From NCBI GenBank assembly GCA_963713825.1, contig CAVQNG010000025.1, positions 416,001-480,000 of the forward strand: DNA of 64,000 nucleotides. Reading direction: 5' to 3'. Shown in pieces: positions 10,212 to 19,497 of the stretch. The translations under genes were made by a program, and so were the position numbers. The DNA comes from an uncultured Acidobacteriota bacterium (GTDB taxonomy: Bacteria > Acidobacteriota > Thermoanaerobaculia > Multivoradales > JAHEKO01). Each line of letters starts with the position of its first letter. Position 1 is the first letter of the stretch. Under the pieces are notes generated by a model. That model was not told where the DNA came from and made no database searches. It worked only from the letters and a program-made list of their open reading frames with translations.

Positions 10212-11627
10212 CTAGTCGGCCAGCGGCAAACCGCTGGGTACTACCATCGGCGTATCCCGGCGGATATCGATGCTGTTGGGATCGGTCAGGGCGTACATGA
10301 ACTCCATCAGCAGCTCGAACTCCTTCTGCGTCAGATGACGCGCCGCGAGCTCGTTGGCTTCGACGATGTCGGCGACCAGCTCTGCATCGTCCAGCACCTG
10401 GAAGTCGATCGCAGCCAGGTCCTCTCGATAGGGCAGGACGACCTGATTGCGGTTGTAGCTCTGCATCGAGGAGACGGTGTCGAGTTGGTGTCGCACCATG
10501 TCGCGGAGGTTGTTGAAGGCCCCGATGTGTCCCCATGGGCCTGTCAAGGCGACGTTGCGAAGCGTGGGAGTCCGAAACTTGAATCGGTCGGCCTCGTCGC
10601 CAGTCACCTGCTCGCGTCCGAAGTCTTCGTGGCCGCTTTCGCCGTCGCCCTTCCCCGGGCCTATCTGGGGCATGCATACAGCGTGAAAGTCGTTGTCAGT
10701 TTGGAAGGAGCCGCTGTGGCAGGCGGCGCATCCGGCTTTGCCATAGAAGAGGTTCATTCCCTTGCGCGCCTTCGCGCTCATGGCTTGCCTGTCGCCTCTC
10801 AGAAAGCGGTCGAAAGGGCTCATGTCCGCTCGCCAGGCCGAAGCCTCGAAGGCACCGATGGCGTTGGCCGCGTGAACGTAAGTGATGTCACCCGCGGAGT
10901 TGATGTCCGCAAAAGCCTCAATGAAGAGGTCGACGTAGGTCTCGTTGGATCTAAGGCGATCCGCCAGACGCTCCCACAGGAGGGGGAGGTCGCCGAGGGC
11001 AGCAGCTTGGGAGATCTCGTTTTCGTCGCCCTGGCCGGCCATCTCTGCCGGCGAGGTGACTGGGAACATGGCCTGGGCGGCCAGAACGTTGTCGAGACCC
11101 TCGGGGAAGTCATCGCCAGCGGGATTCCGGAATCCAGATGGCTGGGAGGGATCGACTTCGAGCCTGCCGTCATGGAACATGCGATGGAACTCTTTGGCGC
11201 CAAGATTGAAGACTGGCGGAGCGTTGCGCGGTACCCGTTCGTGAATGGCGTCCTGGCCCGAACCTGTGTCGCGGGTCATCCCGAGCCCTCGGCCGCCTTC
11301 TCCGACGGGCAGCGACAGGCCATCCCCCGTATCGGTCAGGGAGTGGTGGCAGGTGGCGCAGGAGATGTTGCGGTTGCCGCTGAGGAGCTTGTCGAAGAAC
11401 AGGAGGCGCCCGAGCTCCACTTTCAGAGGATCGGGTCGGCCATTGTCGTAGTAGTCACGATCGGTTATCGGTCTCGGTAACCGGGGTCCCCAGGAGTTGC
11501 CTTCACCCCGCTCGCTGGGAGGCTGTGGCGCCCGGTTCGGCTGCTGTGCCCAGCTTGTCGACGGACTGACGGCGACCAGTAGGCTGAGCAAGATCATATT
11601 TGGCGACAAAGGGCGTAGGCTCGACAT
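10212..11627 (-). CDS. Di-heme cytochrome c peroxidase/MauG-family protein
   Basis: LGRLLFFD.LLS, CATCH and CAACH heme motifs, PRNAP, FRTPTLRNV; signal peptide. Confidence 0.9.
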   Translation of the reverse strand: MSSLRPLSPNMILLSLLVAVSPSTSWAQQPNRAPQPPSERGEGNSWGPRLPRPITDRDYYDNGRPDPLKVELGRLLFFDKLLSGNRNISCATCHHSLTDTGDGLSLPVGEGGRGLGMTRDTGSGQDAIHERVPRNAPPVFNLGAKEFHRMFHDGRLEVDPSQPSGFRNPAGDDFPEGLDNVLAAQAMFPVTSPAEMAGQGDENEISQAAALGDLPLLWERLADRLRSNETYVDLFIEAFADINSAGDITYVHAANAIGAFEASAWRADMSPFDRFLRGDRQAMSAKARKGMNLFYGKAGCAACHSGSFQTDNDFHAVCMPQIGPGKGDGESGHEDFGREQVTGDEADRFKFRTPTLRNVALTGPWGHIGAFNNLRDMVRHQLDTVSSMQSYNRNQVVLPYREDLAAIDFQVLDDAELVADIVEANELAARHLTQKEFELLMEFMYALTDPNSIDIRRDTPMVVPSGLPLAD

Positions 11628-11779
11628 GACTCTCCTCCCAAGATGCCTGTGTCACAAGAGTCCAGCATAGCCACGAAAGCGCGGCATTTCAAATCAGAGT
11701 CTCAGAGTGAAAGGGCGAGAGGCAACACCCTTTTGGGTGGGTATTTTCTGGGAGCCAGGACAGCGAGCTCCGACGATGC

Positions 11780-12418
11780 TCACTTCTCGGTCAACAGTTC
11801 GCGGAGCACGACCCGGTAGGCGGGCCGATACGCGTCCGCGTAGCTCTTCGAGTGGTGGACGGCGGGGTACCCTTTTCTCTTCAGGGCCGCAAAATGGGCC
11901 TCGAGCTCTGAAGGCGAGAAGGGCAGGAGATTCTCTCGTGCCAACTCCACCGCGCGCTCACAGTAGCTTTCGAGGGCGAGGGGGTCTCCCGAAAATTCCT
12001 CTGCGGTTCTCGCGAAGGCGTCGAGCAGAAGGTCCATTTCTCGACCCGATTGAAGGTGCGGTCGGAGGTTGACTCTCACCAGCCGGCCGTCTGGGCTGAG
12101 TGACTCGTACAGGGACTCGTCGGGTGATGCGGCACTGGATCGCTGCAGCATAGCGAGCTCACGGTCCATCCACTGACTCGCAGCTTCGCGGTTGGGAATG
12201 GCGTGCTCACTTCCCATGGCTGCCTGGTGGAGAAGCTTGTAGAGATCGTCCGGCTGCATTTTCGGGTATCGATCGAGGTGAAACTGGAGAACCTGCTCCA
12301 GGTCTCCTTCCTGACCGGCTGAGGGCTGAGTCGCTGAGAAGAACAGGCCGATCAGGGCGAAGGCAACTAGCCAGCGCTGTGTCGCCGAGCCATGACTGCG
12401 GATGGAGCGATTCTTCAC
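11780..12418 (-). CDS. Conserved hypothetical protein with predicted signal peptide
   Basis: YPKMQPDDLYKLLHQ...RVNL...VHHS..Y..AY.PAYRVV pattern; starts 6 nt after the CoA-binding gene in the selB run. Confidence 0.75.
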   Translation of the reverse strand: MKNRSIRSHGSATQRWLVAFALIGLFFSATQPSAGQEGDLEQVLQFHLDRYPKMQPDDLYKLLHQAAMGSEHAIPNREAASQWMDRELAMLQRSSAASPDESLYESLSPDGRLVRVNLRPHLQSGREMDLLLDAFARTAEEFSGDPLALESYCERAVELARENLLPFSPSELEAHFAALKRKGYPAVHHSKSYADAYRPAYRVVLRELLTEK

Positions 12419-12424
12419 GAGCGA

Positions 12425-12802
12425 TCAGGGAAATTCGGCCGGTGACATCCCGATGTCGATGATGGAACAACCTTCGCGAACCTCGATACCGGCTGTTCTC
12501 GCCTCTTCGAGAATCGGGCGGTCTGCCGAGCCCGGGTTGAACCAGACCTCGACACCGCTCATTCCGGCGAGCTCGGTCAGGATCAACCGTGTTCGGGGCG
12601 GGGAAAGGTAGAGACTGATCCTGTCCAGCGGGACCGGGATGGCCTCGAGGGATCGGTAGACAGAGAGGCCTTCGATCTCTTCCTCGTGAGGGTTGATTGG
12701 ATAGACATCCCAGCCGGCGCTCTTGTAGGCGCGAACACACTTGTTGCCGAATTTGCTGCGATCCCTGGAGGCCCCAACGATCGCTATTGCTTTGTCACTC
12801 AT
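12425..12802 (-). CDS. CoA-binding protein (YccU-like)
   Basis: IAIVGAS.DRSKFG, YPINP, VWFNPG motifs; ATGA overlap with the selB stop. Confidence 0.9.
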   Translation of the reverse strand: MSDKAIAIVGASRDRSKFGNKCVRAYKSAGWDVYPINPHEEEIEGLSVYRSLEAIPVPLDRISLYLSPPRTRLILTELAGMSGVEVWFNPGSADRPILEEARTAGIEVREGCSIIDIGMSPAEFP

Positions 12803-14706
12803 CCGGTAGTCCTCACAATCTGGCGAGCGTCGCCGACGCGACGCGTGACGCCCGTTGAGTCGAGATGCTCCAAGATCGGGATGGCCCATTTTCGCGTCAA
12901 GTCGAACCGTTCCTTGAAATCTCCGACGCTGATCGACCCGAGGTCGCTGGACCGCAGCTCTTCGGCAACTTTGGCCAGTGCCTGCGAGGAGATGAAGAGA
13001 CCACCCGGTAGTCGCGCCAGTTTCTTGCTCTGCACCAGATAGTGGATCACGCCATCCAGGATTTGCTGTTTGGCATCCAGTTCCTTGCAGACATCGCTCG
13101 GCGAGGGTGGACGCAAGCCGGCTGCATCGAAGCGCTGCAGAATCGACCTGCTGAGCGCGGATTCGGTGTCAGTCAGGTTGGCGCTGCGGCCAGGAAGGTT
13201 GATCATGTCCCCGTTCACGACGAGGACTTTCTGGGCTTCGAGCCAGCCGAGATAGACGTCATCGAGCTCGGAGCCGCGTCCCGGGAGGATGTGATCAACG
13301 GCCTCGGCCTTAGGCATGCCCTGCGCCAGACGCTGGCGCTGAAAGTAGGACTTGAGAACCCGGCTGGCCCGCTCGACGACCCGACGATAGGCGCTGGGAG
13401 CCAGCCAGCGGGCGCTGTGGCCCGGCCCCGGATCGACCCGCAGTGCCTGCTGATTGGAGACCAGCGCGGCGAGCTCCGGTTCGATGGAGCTCGGCTCCAC
13501 GCCCAGGCGGCGAGCCAGTGCCTCGGTCTCGACTCCGGCCTCTCCCGCCTCCTCGACCCAGAGAGCGAGCGCATCCCGGGTCTCGCCTTCCAGCGCTTGC
13601 AACGCGCCGCCGAGTTGTGCACCCCGGCGGCGGTGCCAGACCGGGTCCAGGATCTGGCCTCCACCCAGAGTCGATTGTGGCGACGGGCGGCGGACGATGA
13701 AGTGGTCACCCCGAATGGCCGTGACCGGGCCCTGGAGGCGGATCTCCACCAGGCCCGTACTGCCGGGCTCGAGCGGGCCACTCAGGGGGCGGAGTCGGCC
13801 GAGCACTTCGCTTGCGTAGAGGTGAAAGCGAATCGGCACAGAGCCGCGAATGGCCTTCGGCGCATCGGGCAGCAGCGTCATCCGACCCGCCAGGCTGGTG
13901 GTCGTCCCGAACTTGCCTGGTGTCACGAGCTGCTCGCCCCGTTCCAGGGCCTCGTGCTTGGTGCCGGTCAGCTGCAGAGCCGTCCGCTCGCCGGCCACTG
14001 CTTGCTCTCGGGTAGAGCCGTGCACCTGAATGCTGCGGACCCGGGTCTTGCTACCTGAAGGCAGTAGGTCCAGGGTGTCGCCGACCCGTGCCCTGCCACT
14101 CACCAGAGTGCCGGTGATGACGAGGCCGAGGCCTTTGAGCAGGAAAGCTCGATCGACGGGGAGCCGGCAGGGCTGTGTCAGGTCGACCTCGGCTTCGTGT
14201 TGCCCCGCCAGCTCGAGAAGGCTGGATCGCAGCTCGGGTAGCCCGGTGCCCGTCACGCTCGAGACGGGGAGGATCTGGGCGCCCGAGAAGGGAGTCTCGG
14301 ACAACAACTCCTCGACCTCCATGGTCGCCAGCTCGACGATATCTTCTGTGACCAGATCGGATTTGGTCAGAGCTACCAGGCAGCCGGGAATGTCGAGCAA
14401 CGAGCAGATGTCGACATGTTCACGGGTCTGGGGCTTGACCCCTTCGTCGGCGGCTACGACGAGGAGCAGGACGCGAATGCCTCCTAGCCCGGCCAGCGCG
14501 TTGTGTACGAAGCGTTCGTGCCCTGGTACATCGATGAAACCAACCTGGAGGTCCTCTTCCCGCAGGTGGGCGAAGCCGAGATCGATGGTGATGCCGCGTT
14601 CCTTCTCTTCGATCCAGCGGTCACAGTCGATGCCCGTCAGGGCCTCGACCAATCGGGTCTTGCCGTGGTCGATATGGCCCGCGGTGCCGACGATGACCCG
14701 CCGCAC
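12799..14706 (-). CDS. selB: Selenocysteine-specific elongation factor SelB
   Basis: GTAGHIDHGKT, EEKERGITIDLGF, DVPGHERF; C-terminal winged helix TRKWAIPILEHLD..G.TRRVGD; GTG start at 14706 inferred. Confidence 0.95.
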   Translation of the reverse strand: MRRVIVGTAGHIDHGKTRLVEALTGIDCDRWIEEKERGITIDLGFAHLREEDLQVGFIDVPGHERFVHNALAGLGGIRVLLLVVAADEGVKPQTREHVDICSLLDIPGCLVALTKSDLVTEDIVELATMEVEELLSETPFSGAQILPVSSVTGTGLPELRSSLLELAGQHEAEVDLTQPCRLPVDRAFLLKGLGLVITGTLVSGRARVGDTLDLLPSGSKTRVRSIQVHGSTREQAVAGERTALQLTGTKHEALERGEQLVTPGKFGTTTSLAGRMTLLPDAPKAIRGSVPIRFHLYASEVLGRLRPLSGPLEPGSTGLVEIRLQGPVTAIRGDHFIVRRPSPQSTLGGGQILDPVWHRRRGAQLGGALQALEGETRDALALWVEEAGEAGVETEALARRLGVEPSSIEPELAALVSNQQALRVDPGPGHSARWLAPSAYRRVVERASRVLKSYFQRQRLAQGMPKAEAVDHILPGRGSELDDVYLGWLEAQKVLVVNGDMINLPGRSANLTDTESALSRSILQRFDAAGLRPPSPSDVCKELDAKQQILDGVIHYLVQSKKLARLPGGLFISSQALAKVAEELRSSDLGSISVGDFKERFDLTRKWAIPILEHLDSTGVTRRVGDARQIVRTTG

Positions 14707-14719
14707 CTCTGCGGCAGCT

Positions 14720-15175
14720 TCAGTCTTGATCGACAAGGGTTTGGCGCGCCAGGCGGTTGATGGTGGAGCCGTCCGCACGGCCACTGTACCGCGCCATCAT
14801 GGCTTTCATGGTCGGTCCGATGCCCTGTGGTCCGCTCAGGCCCTCGCTCTCGACGAAGGAGCGGATGGCAAGTGCGAGCTCTTCTTCGTCGACCGCCGGC
14901 GGTAGGTACTCCTCGAGGATCGCAGCCTCCCGCTCTTCCTTGTCAGCCAGATCCTCACGCCCGCCGGAGCGATACTGCTCGCTCGCCTCGTGCCGTTGCT
15001 TGATGCCCTTGCGGGTCAGGCTCCAGAGGGTCTCTTCATCAACCTCTGCCCCGGTACGGATCCTCTCGTTGTGGATCGCACTGAGGAGCATTCGGAGGGT
15101 AGCGAGGCGTTCCTGTTCACCGGCCTTGAGAGCCGCCTGCACCTGCTTTTCTATTTCCTGCTGCGGTGTCGTCAT
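14720..15175 (-). CDS. GatB/YqeY domain protein
   Basis: ALKAGE..RL.TLRML, KQR.E..EQY..GGR.DLA.KE..E..IL..YLP, GRADG. Confidence 0.9.
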   Translation of the reverse strand: MTTPQQEIEKQVQAALKAGEQERLATLRMLLSAIHNERIRTGAEVDEETLWSLTRKGIKQRHEASEQYRSGGREDLADKEEREAAILEEYLPPAVDEEELALAIRSFVESEGLSGPQGIGPTMKAMMARYSGRADGSTINRLARQTLVDQD

Positions 15176-15204
15176 GGCCGCATTATATGGCGCCGTGAAA
15201 GTGC

Positions 15205-17418
15205 TTACTGCTGGGGAAGAGTGATCGTGAAAATGGTGCCCTGCGGCTCGTTGTCGTCCGCCTGGATGGTGCCGTGGTGGTCGCTGACGATGCGGTGCAC
15301 GATGGACAGTCCAAGGCCCGTACCGCGCCGCTTGGTCGAGAAGTGCGGCAGAAACAACTTGTCCTTGGCTTCAGGCGGGATGCCTTCTCCGGTGTCGGAG
15401 ATGTTGATCTCCAGGCTGCCGTTGCGGCGATGGACGGCTACCGAGACCTCACCCGGGGCGCTGGTAGCGTCGAGCGCGTTGTCGAGCAGGTTGATCAGAG
15501 CGCGCTTGATCTGTTCCGCATCGAATCGCGCCGTCTGGGCATCGTCATCGATGTGCGCCGTGACTTCGACTCCCGGCTTGATCCCACGATAGAGGTTCAG
15601 TGCCTCGTCGATCAGGCTGTCGAGCTCCACTTCGCCGAGTCGGGGCAACGGCATGCGCGCGAACCGGGAGAACTCGTCCACCATCGACTTCATGGTCTCG
15701 ACTTCGCGGGTGATGAGCTCGACACCTTCTTCGAGGGTCTCACCGAGGTCCGGCGCTTTCTGCTGGTGCTTCTTGAGCATGCGCTCGGCGGAGAGCCGAA
15801 TCGGGGTCAGGGGGTTCTTGATCTCGTGCGCAATGCGGCGGGCGGCCTCGCTCCAAGCCGCCATCTGTTGAGCCTTGACCAGCTCGGTCAGCTCTTCGAG
15901 CACCATGACCCGACCGCTGACCATGTCGTGTCGGTCGCGCATCGTCGTGACCTTGGCCTCGAATGTCTTCCATTCGTCGCCCAACATCATCCTGAAGTCC
16001 TGGGTGATGCGCCGCGATTGCCCGGCGTCCATCTCGAAGAGCTCCGCCAGCTTGCCTCGCTCGGGATCGCTCCATGCCTCTCTCACGGGTTTGCCGACAC
16101 AGTCGCTCTCCTCTTGTTGCAGCATCTTGAGGGCGGCGCCGTTGCAGGTCAGCACGGTGCCTTCTTCATCGACCGAGATCACGCCTGCCGCCAGATTCTG
16201 TAGGACCGCACTGATCACGGCTCTTTCCTCGGCCAGGCGTTGATTCGACATCAGCAGTTCCAGGTTGCTCTCCTCCAGCAGCTCCTTGTTGCGATGTAGC
16301 TCCGCTGTCATGCTGTTGAAAGAGTGCACCAATACTCCGAGCTCGTCGTCGGCGTCTACCTCGACCTGGAAGTCCAGATCGCCGTCGGAGATTCTCTTGG
16401 TGGCCTCGGCCAGGGCCTGGATCGGTACGGTGATCTGTCGGGCGAGGTAGAGACCGACCCAGGACGAGGCCAGGAGGATGAGCAGGGTGACCATCAGGAA
16501 GTTCAGTAGGTAGCCGGCTTCGATGCGGCCCTTGCTGACTTCCAGTTGTCGATAGCCCTGGTAGGCCTGGATGAGTTGTCGACTCTTGCTGGCGATGTCG
16601 GCATCGAGCAGCGTGCCGGCGACTGTCAGTGTGCGGTCTTCCAGAGTCTCCTCATCACCCGGTGCTGCCACCGCGGTCAGCAGCAGTCGCTCCTCGCCTC
16701 CACCGACGCTGACCATGCGGCTGGCCTCGGTGTTACGGAGGGCTTCGACCAGAAAACGCTCTCCGGGCTCGGGCAGGTCCTCCAAGCCGGACTGGGGGTT
16801 GAGGAGGGCATGCACGAACTGTGTTCCGTCGTAGACCGCCAGGAAGTCGAGCTCCAAATCCTCCAGCAGCTGGCCCATGCGGCGCTGTACCTGCGGCCGC
16901 CGACGGGGATTGCGGGGGCTCTCTTCCTCGATCTCTCGCAAGGCGCGGGAGGTATCCCTCAGGGCCGTGTGCTCGATCTGGCGAAACAGCTCCTGGGCTA
17001 CCGCGTGTCCCTGTGTGGCCACAGCTTGAATCGCTGGCTCGTCGAACCACTGATTGATCCAACCTTGCAGCATGCGGCTTCCATAGGCGAAGAGCAGCAG
17101 CACCGGGATCAGGGACAAACCGATATAGGTGGCGACCAGCCTGGTCTTGAACTTCGAGCCCAGGATCCGGTTGTGACGCTCCATAACCAGCTTGAACAGG
17201 TTGCGTGCCAGGACGAACAGAACGGCCAGGATGAGGGTGAGATTGATGTACCAGAGGATGAAAAGGAGGACCCTGTTGGTGACCAGCTCCGAGGGCAGGT
17301 CCTGCCCCCGCTGGGTCAGGTAGTAGAGCAGCGAGAGCGCCAGCAACAGGATGGCCAGGCCGCCGATGATCCAGCGGGTGTCCTTTCTGTAGGTTCGAAT
17401 TCGCTCGCGCAGTGACAT
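15205..17418 (-). CDS. NtrY-like membrane sensor histidine kinase (HAMP-PAS-HisKA-HATPase)
   Basis: GSKF.TRL after TM2, HAMP, PAS, AW.E.ARRIAHEIKNPLTPI.LSAER, GTGLGL. Confidence 0.9.
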   Translation of the reverse strand: MSLRERIRTYRKDTRWIIGGLAILLLALSLLYYLTQRGQDLPSELVTNRVLLFILWYINLTLILAVLFVLARNLFKLVMERHNRILGSKFKTRLVATYIGLSLIPVLLLFAYGSRMLQGWINQWFDEPAIQAVATQGHAVAQELFRQIEHTALRDTSRALREIEEESPRNPRRRPQVQRRMGQLLEDLELDFLAVYDGTQFVHALLNPQSGLEDLPEPGERFLVEALRNTEASRMVSVGGGEERLLLTAVAAPGDEETLEDRTLTVAGTLLDADIASKSRQLIQAYQGYRQLEVSKGRIEAGYLLNFLMVTLLILLASSWVGLYLARQITVPIQALAEATKRISDGDLDFQVEVDADDELGVLVHSFNSMTAELHRNKELLEESNLELLMSNQRLAEERAVISAVLQNLAAGVISVDEEGTVLTCNGAALKMLQQEESDCVGKPVREAWSDPERGKLAELFEMDAGQSRRITQDFRMMLGDEWKTFEAKVTTMRDRHDMVSGRVMVLEELTELVKAQQMAAWSEAARRIAHEIKNPLTPIRLSAERMLKKHQQKAPDLGETLEEGVELITREVETMKSMVDEFSRFARMPLPRLGEVELDSLIDEALNLYRGIKPGVEVTAHIDDDAQTARFDAEQIKRALINLLDNALDATSAPGEVSVAVHRRNGSLEINISDTGEGIPPEAKDKLFLPHFSTKRRGTGLGLSIVHRIVSDHHGTIQADDNEPQGTIFTITLPQQ

Positions 17419-17446
17419 GAAGATGGAGTGGAGCTTCTCGGCGTTG

Positions 17447-17998
17447 TCAGGGCTCGGTGGCCGGGGGTCGGAACTTCCTTGTCGTGACCCAGTCGGTCTC
17501 GATCCGCGTCGGGATGAGGAGCATGATGGTTCGAGAACCCAACTTGGCCCGGGCCTTGATCAGGTAGCGCTTGTCGGGGTTGAGGTCAGTCCCTAGAACG
17601 AAGGCCGGAATCGACTCGATTCGCGTCATGGCTCGCTCGAGCTCATCGCGGTCACGGGCGATTCGACTATCGACCAACTTTCCATCCTGCTTGAAGTTGA
17701 TGAGGTACTCGCGGGTCACGGCGTTGTACATGGCCACCACCTGGAGCTCGCTCGTGTCGATTCGGTTGTCGGCCCACCGGAGATGGTCCCGTAGAAGATT
17801 GAACTGATAGGTGAAGCCGGTGGCCAGCCCTGTTTGAATCTGTTCGAAGAGCTCGTCGGTGAACGCACCCACGAGATCGAAGCTCAGCACGACCCGCTGT
17901 TCATCGAGCACCAGGTCCGGCTCGGTGAGGTAGGGCTTATCGGCCGACGAGCCGAAGAACAGGAAGGCAGTCAGAGCCCAGGTCGTGGTCCACAACAT
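17447..17998 (-). CDS. DUF4390-like exported protein
   Basis: Signal peptide, YNAVTREY motif, position directly upstream of the ntrY-like kinase. Confidence 0.7.
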   Translation of the reverse strand: MLWTTTWALTAFLFFGSSADKPYLTEPDLVLDEQRVVLSFDLVGAFTDELFEQIQTGLATGFTYQFNLLRDHLRWADNRIDTSELQVVAMYNAVTREYLINFKQDGKLVDSRIARDRDELERAMTRIESIPAFVLGTDLNPDKRYLIKARAKLGSRTIMLLIPTRIETDWVTTRKFRPPATEP

Positions 17999-18016
17999 CG
18001 ACGCTCAACTCTAGCA

Positions 18017-18043
18017 CTGACTCCAAGGCCACCCTGGAGTCAG
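18017..18043. repeat. Inverted repeat in the divergent DUF4390/smpB promoter region
   Basis: CTGACTCCA...TGGAGTCAG, 9-bp arms. Confidence 0.5.
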
Positions 18044-18130
18044 GCGCGATAGACTGCCGATTCCTCGGAGACGCGGGGCGCGCCGAGAATGCCGCTCCTG
18101 CAACGGGGGCGAGAGGACCTCGAGAACTCA

Positions 18131-18592
18131 ATGGGCAAGCCCAAGTCGAAGTACAAACAGTTCGCCAGCAATCGGAAGGCGCGGCACGACTACGACATCC
18201 TCGAGCGGATGGAGGCCGGCATCTCCCTGCTTGGAACTGAAGTGAAGTCGGTGCGCAATGGCAAGGTGCAGCTCAAGGACTCCTACGTCGAGATCCGCGG
18301 CACCGAAGCGTGGCTGGTCGGCGCCCACATCGGGCCCTACAGCCATGGCAACCGAGAGAACCACGATCCAGAGCGGCCACGCAAGTTGTTGTTGAACCGA
18401 CGGGAGATCGATCGCATCTTCGGTCGGACGACGATCCAGGGTCAGACCTGTATTCCCCTGTCGGTCTATCTCAAAGGCAATCGGATCAAGGTCGAGATCG
18501 CTCTCGCCAAAGGCAAGCGGCTTTACGACAAGCGTCAGGCGGAGAAGGAAAAGCTGTTGGACAGAGAAGCGAGGGAGGCGATGGGGGAGTAG
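18131..18592 (+). CDS. smpB: SsrA-binding protein SmpB
   Basis: NRKARHDY, EAGI.L.GTEVKS.R, NHDP.R.RKLLL, KGK.LYDKR. Confidence 0.97.
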   Translation: MGKPKSKYKQFASNRKARHDYDILERMEAGISLLGTEVKSVRNGKVQLKDSYVEIRGTEAWLVGAHIGPYSHGNRENHDPERPRKLLLNRREIDRIFGRTTIQGQTCIPLSVYLKGNRIKVEIALAKGKRLYDKRQAEKEKLLDREAREAMGE

Positions 18593-18598
18593 GAGAGC

Positions 18599-19093
18599 CT
18601 ACTCCTTGTCCACGGTCACGCTCGTGGTGGAGCGGCGCTTGGCACGCCCACCGGTGTCCTGAATTCTGGCCAGCGCGGTCTGTCCGCCGTATTTCTCGAC
18701 GATGCGGTCGTCGTAGTCGTCGGAGACGTTGGCCACGGCGGCGATGGAACCCAGCAGGTTCTTGCGATCGAGGGTCTTGCCGAACAACGCGTGGGAAAAG
18801 AAGATGTCCCGGCCGACGAGTGAGAAAGCGCCGACGGGAAGCTCGTGGTTGAGCTCGAGGAGGCCTAAAAGCAGCTCTTCTTCGGGCTCGACGCCCTGGG
18901 CGCAGTAGGCGGTCACCAGCACAATCGTCTCTTCGGGCCCGTAGGGCTCGACGGAGACTTCCAGCACGGTGCTGCCATAGCCAACGTAGAAGTGTCCGTT
19001 CTCTGGGTCGAGGTAGGGGTTCTCGAAAAGCTCCAGAAGGTACTTGTGAACTTCTTCGTGTGTGTGCTCGTGATGGGTGTGTTCGAAGTGCAT
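18599..19093 (-). CDS. YbjN/T3SS-chaperone-like protein
   Basis: GST...LL.LN....GAF...A..SDDYDD.I...GG pattern; GGAGG SD. Confidence 0.75.
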   Translation of the reverse strand: MHFEHTHHEHTHEEVHKYLLELFENPYLDPENGHFYVGYGSTVLEVSVEPYGPEETIVLVTAYCAQGVEPEEELLLGLLELNHELPVGAFSLVGRDIFFSHALFGKTLDRKNLLGSIAAVANVSDDYDDRIVEKYGGQTALARIQDTGGRAKRRSTTSVTVDKE

Positions 19094-19179
19094 CTCGTCA
19101 GCCTCCGCGGACCTACTCTAACAGTTATGCCGCGACCCGATCGAGGATTTGTCGACAAACTTCTGGCGAGCTGCCATGG

Positions 19180-19360
19180 CCGGCCAGGTCTGCGCGAGCT
19201 ACCCATCCGGGTGGTTCATCTGCCACCCCGGGGTGAGGTGGCCAACCACCCTTCCGAGCGTTATGGCTCGTCATCAAGGGCCGGTATTGTCGGGCGGTAA
19301 GAGCCCGCTGCCCGGAGTGAGGATGTATGTTCGGAGGGACGTCCTTCACTCCGGGCGGGG
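19180..19360. ncRNA. Candidate structured RNA of unknown family (four consecutive hairpins)
   Basis: Stems 19209-16/19244-51 (inner 19222-27/19237-42), 19255-59/19266-70, 19291-95/19303-07 and 19310-26/19339-56 in a 400-nt intergenic gap with no convincing ORF. Confidence 0.35.
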
Positions 19361-19497
19361 GGAGGGGAGATCGATTGGCTTGACTTAGCGAGATCGAAAC
19401 CCTAGATTGCTGAGGATCATTGCCCTACTGCCTGCAGCCTCGAAGGGGACGAGAAGGGAATCTTCCACGGCGGCCTTTCACCAAGGAGGTTCGTACC

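Noticed and set aside
11680-11705. TTCAAA as a possible tRNA-Sec anticodon loop near selB
   Set aside because: The flanks do not pair as an anticodon stem, and no T-arm or acceptor stem is present.
18593-19497. tmRNA (ssrA) near smpB
   Set aside because: No tRNA-like GGGG 5' end or TTCGA...CCACCA 3' end on either strand.
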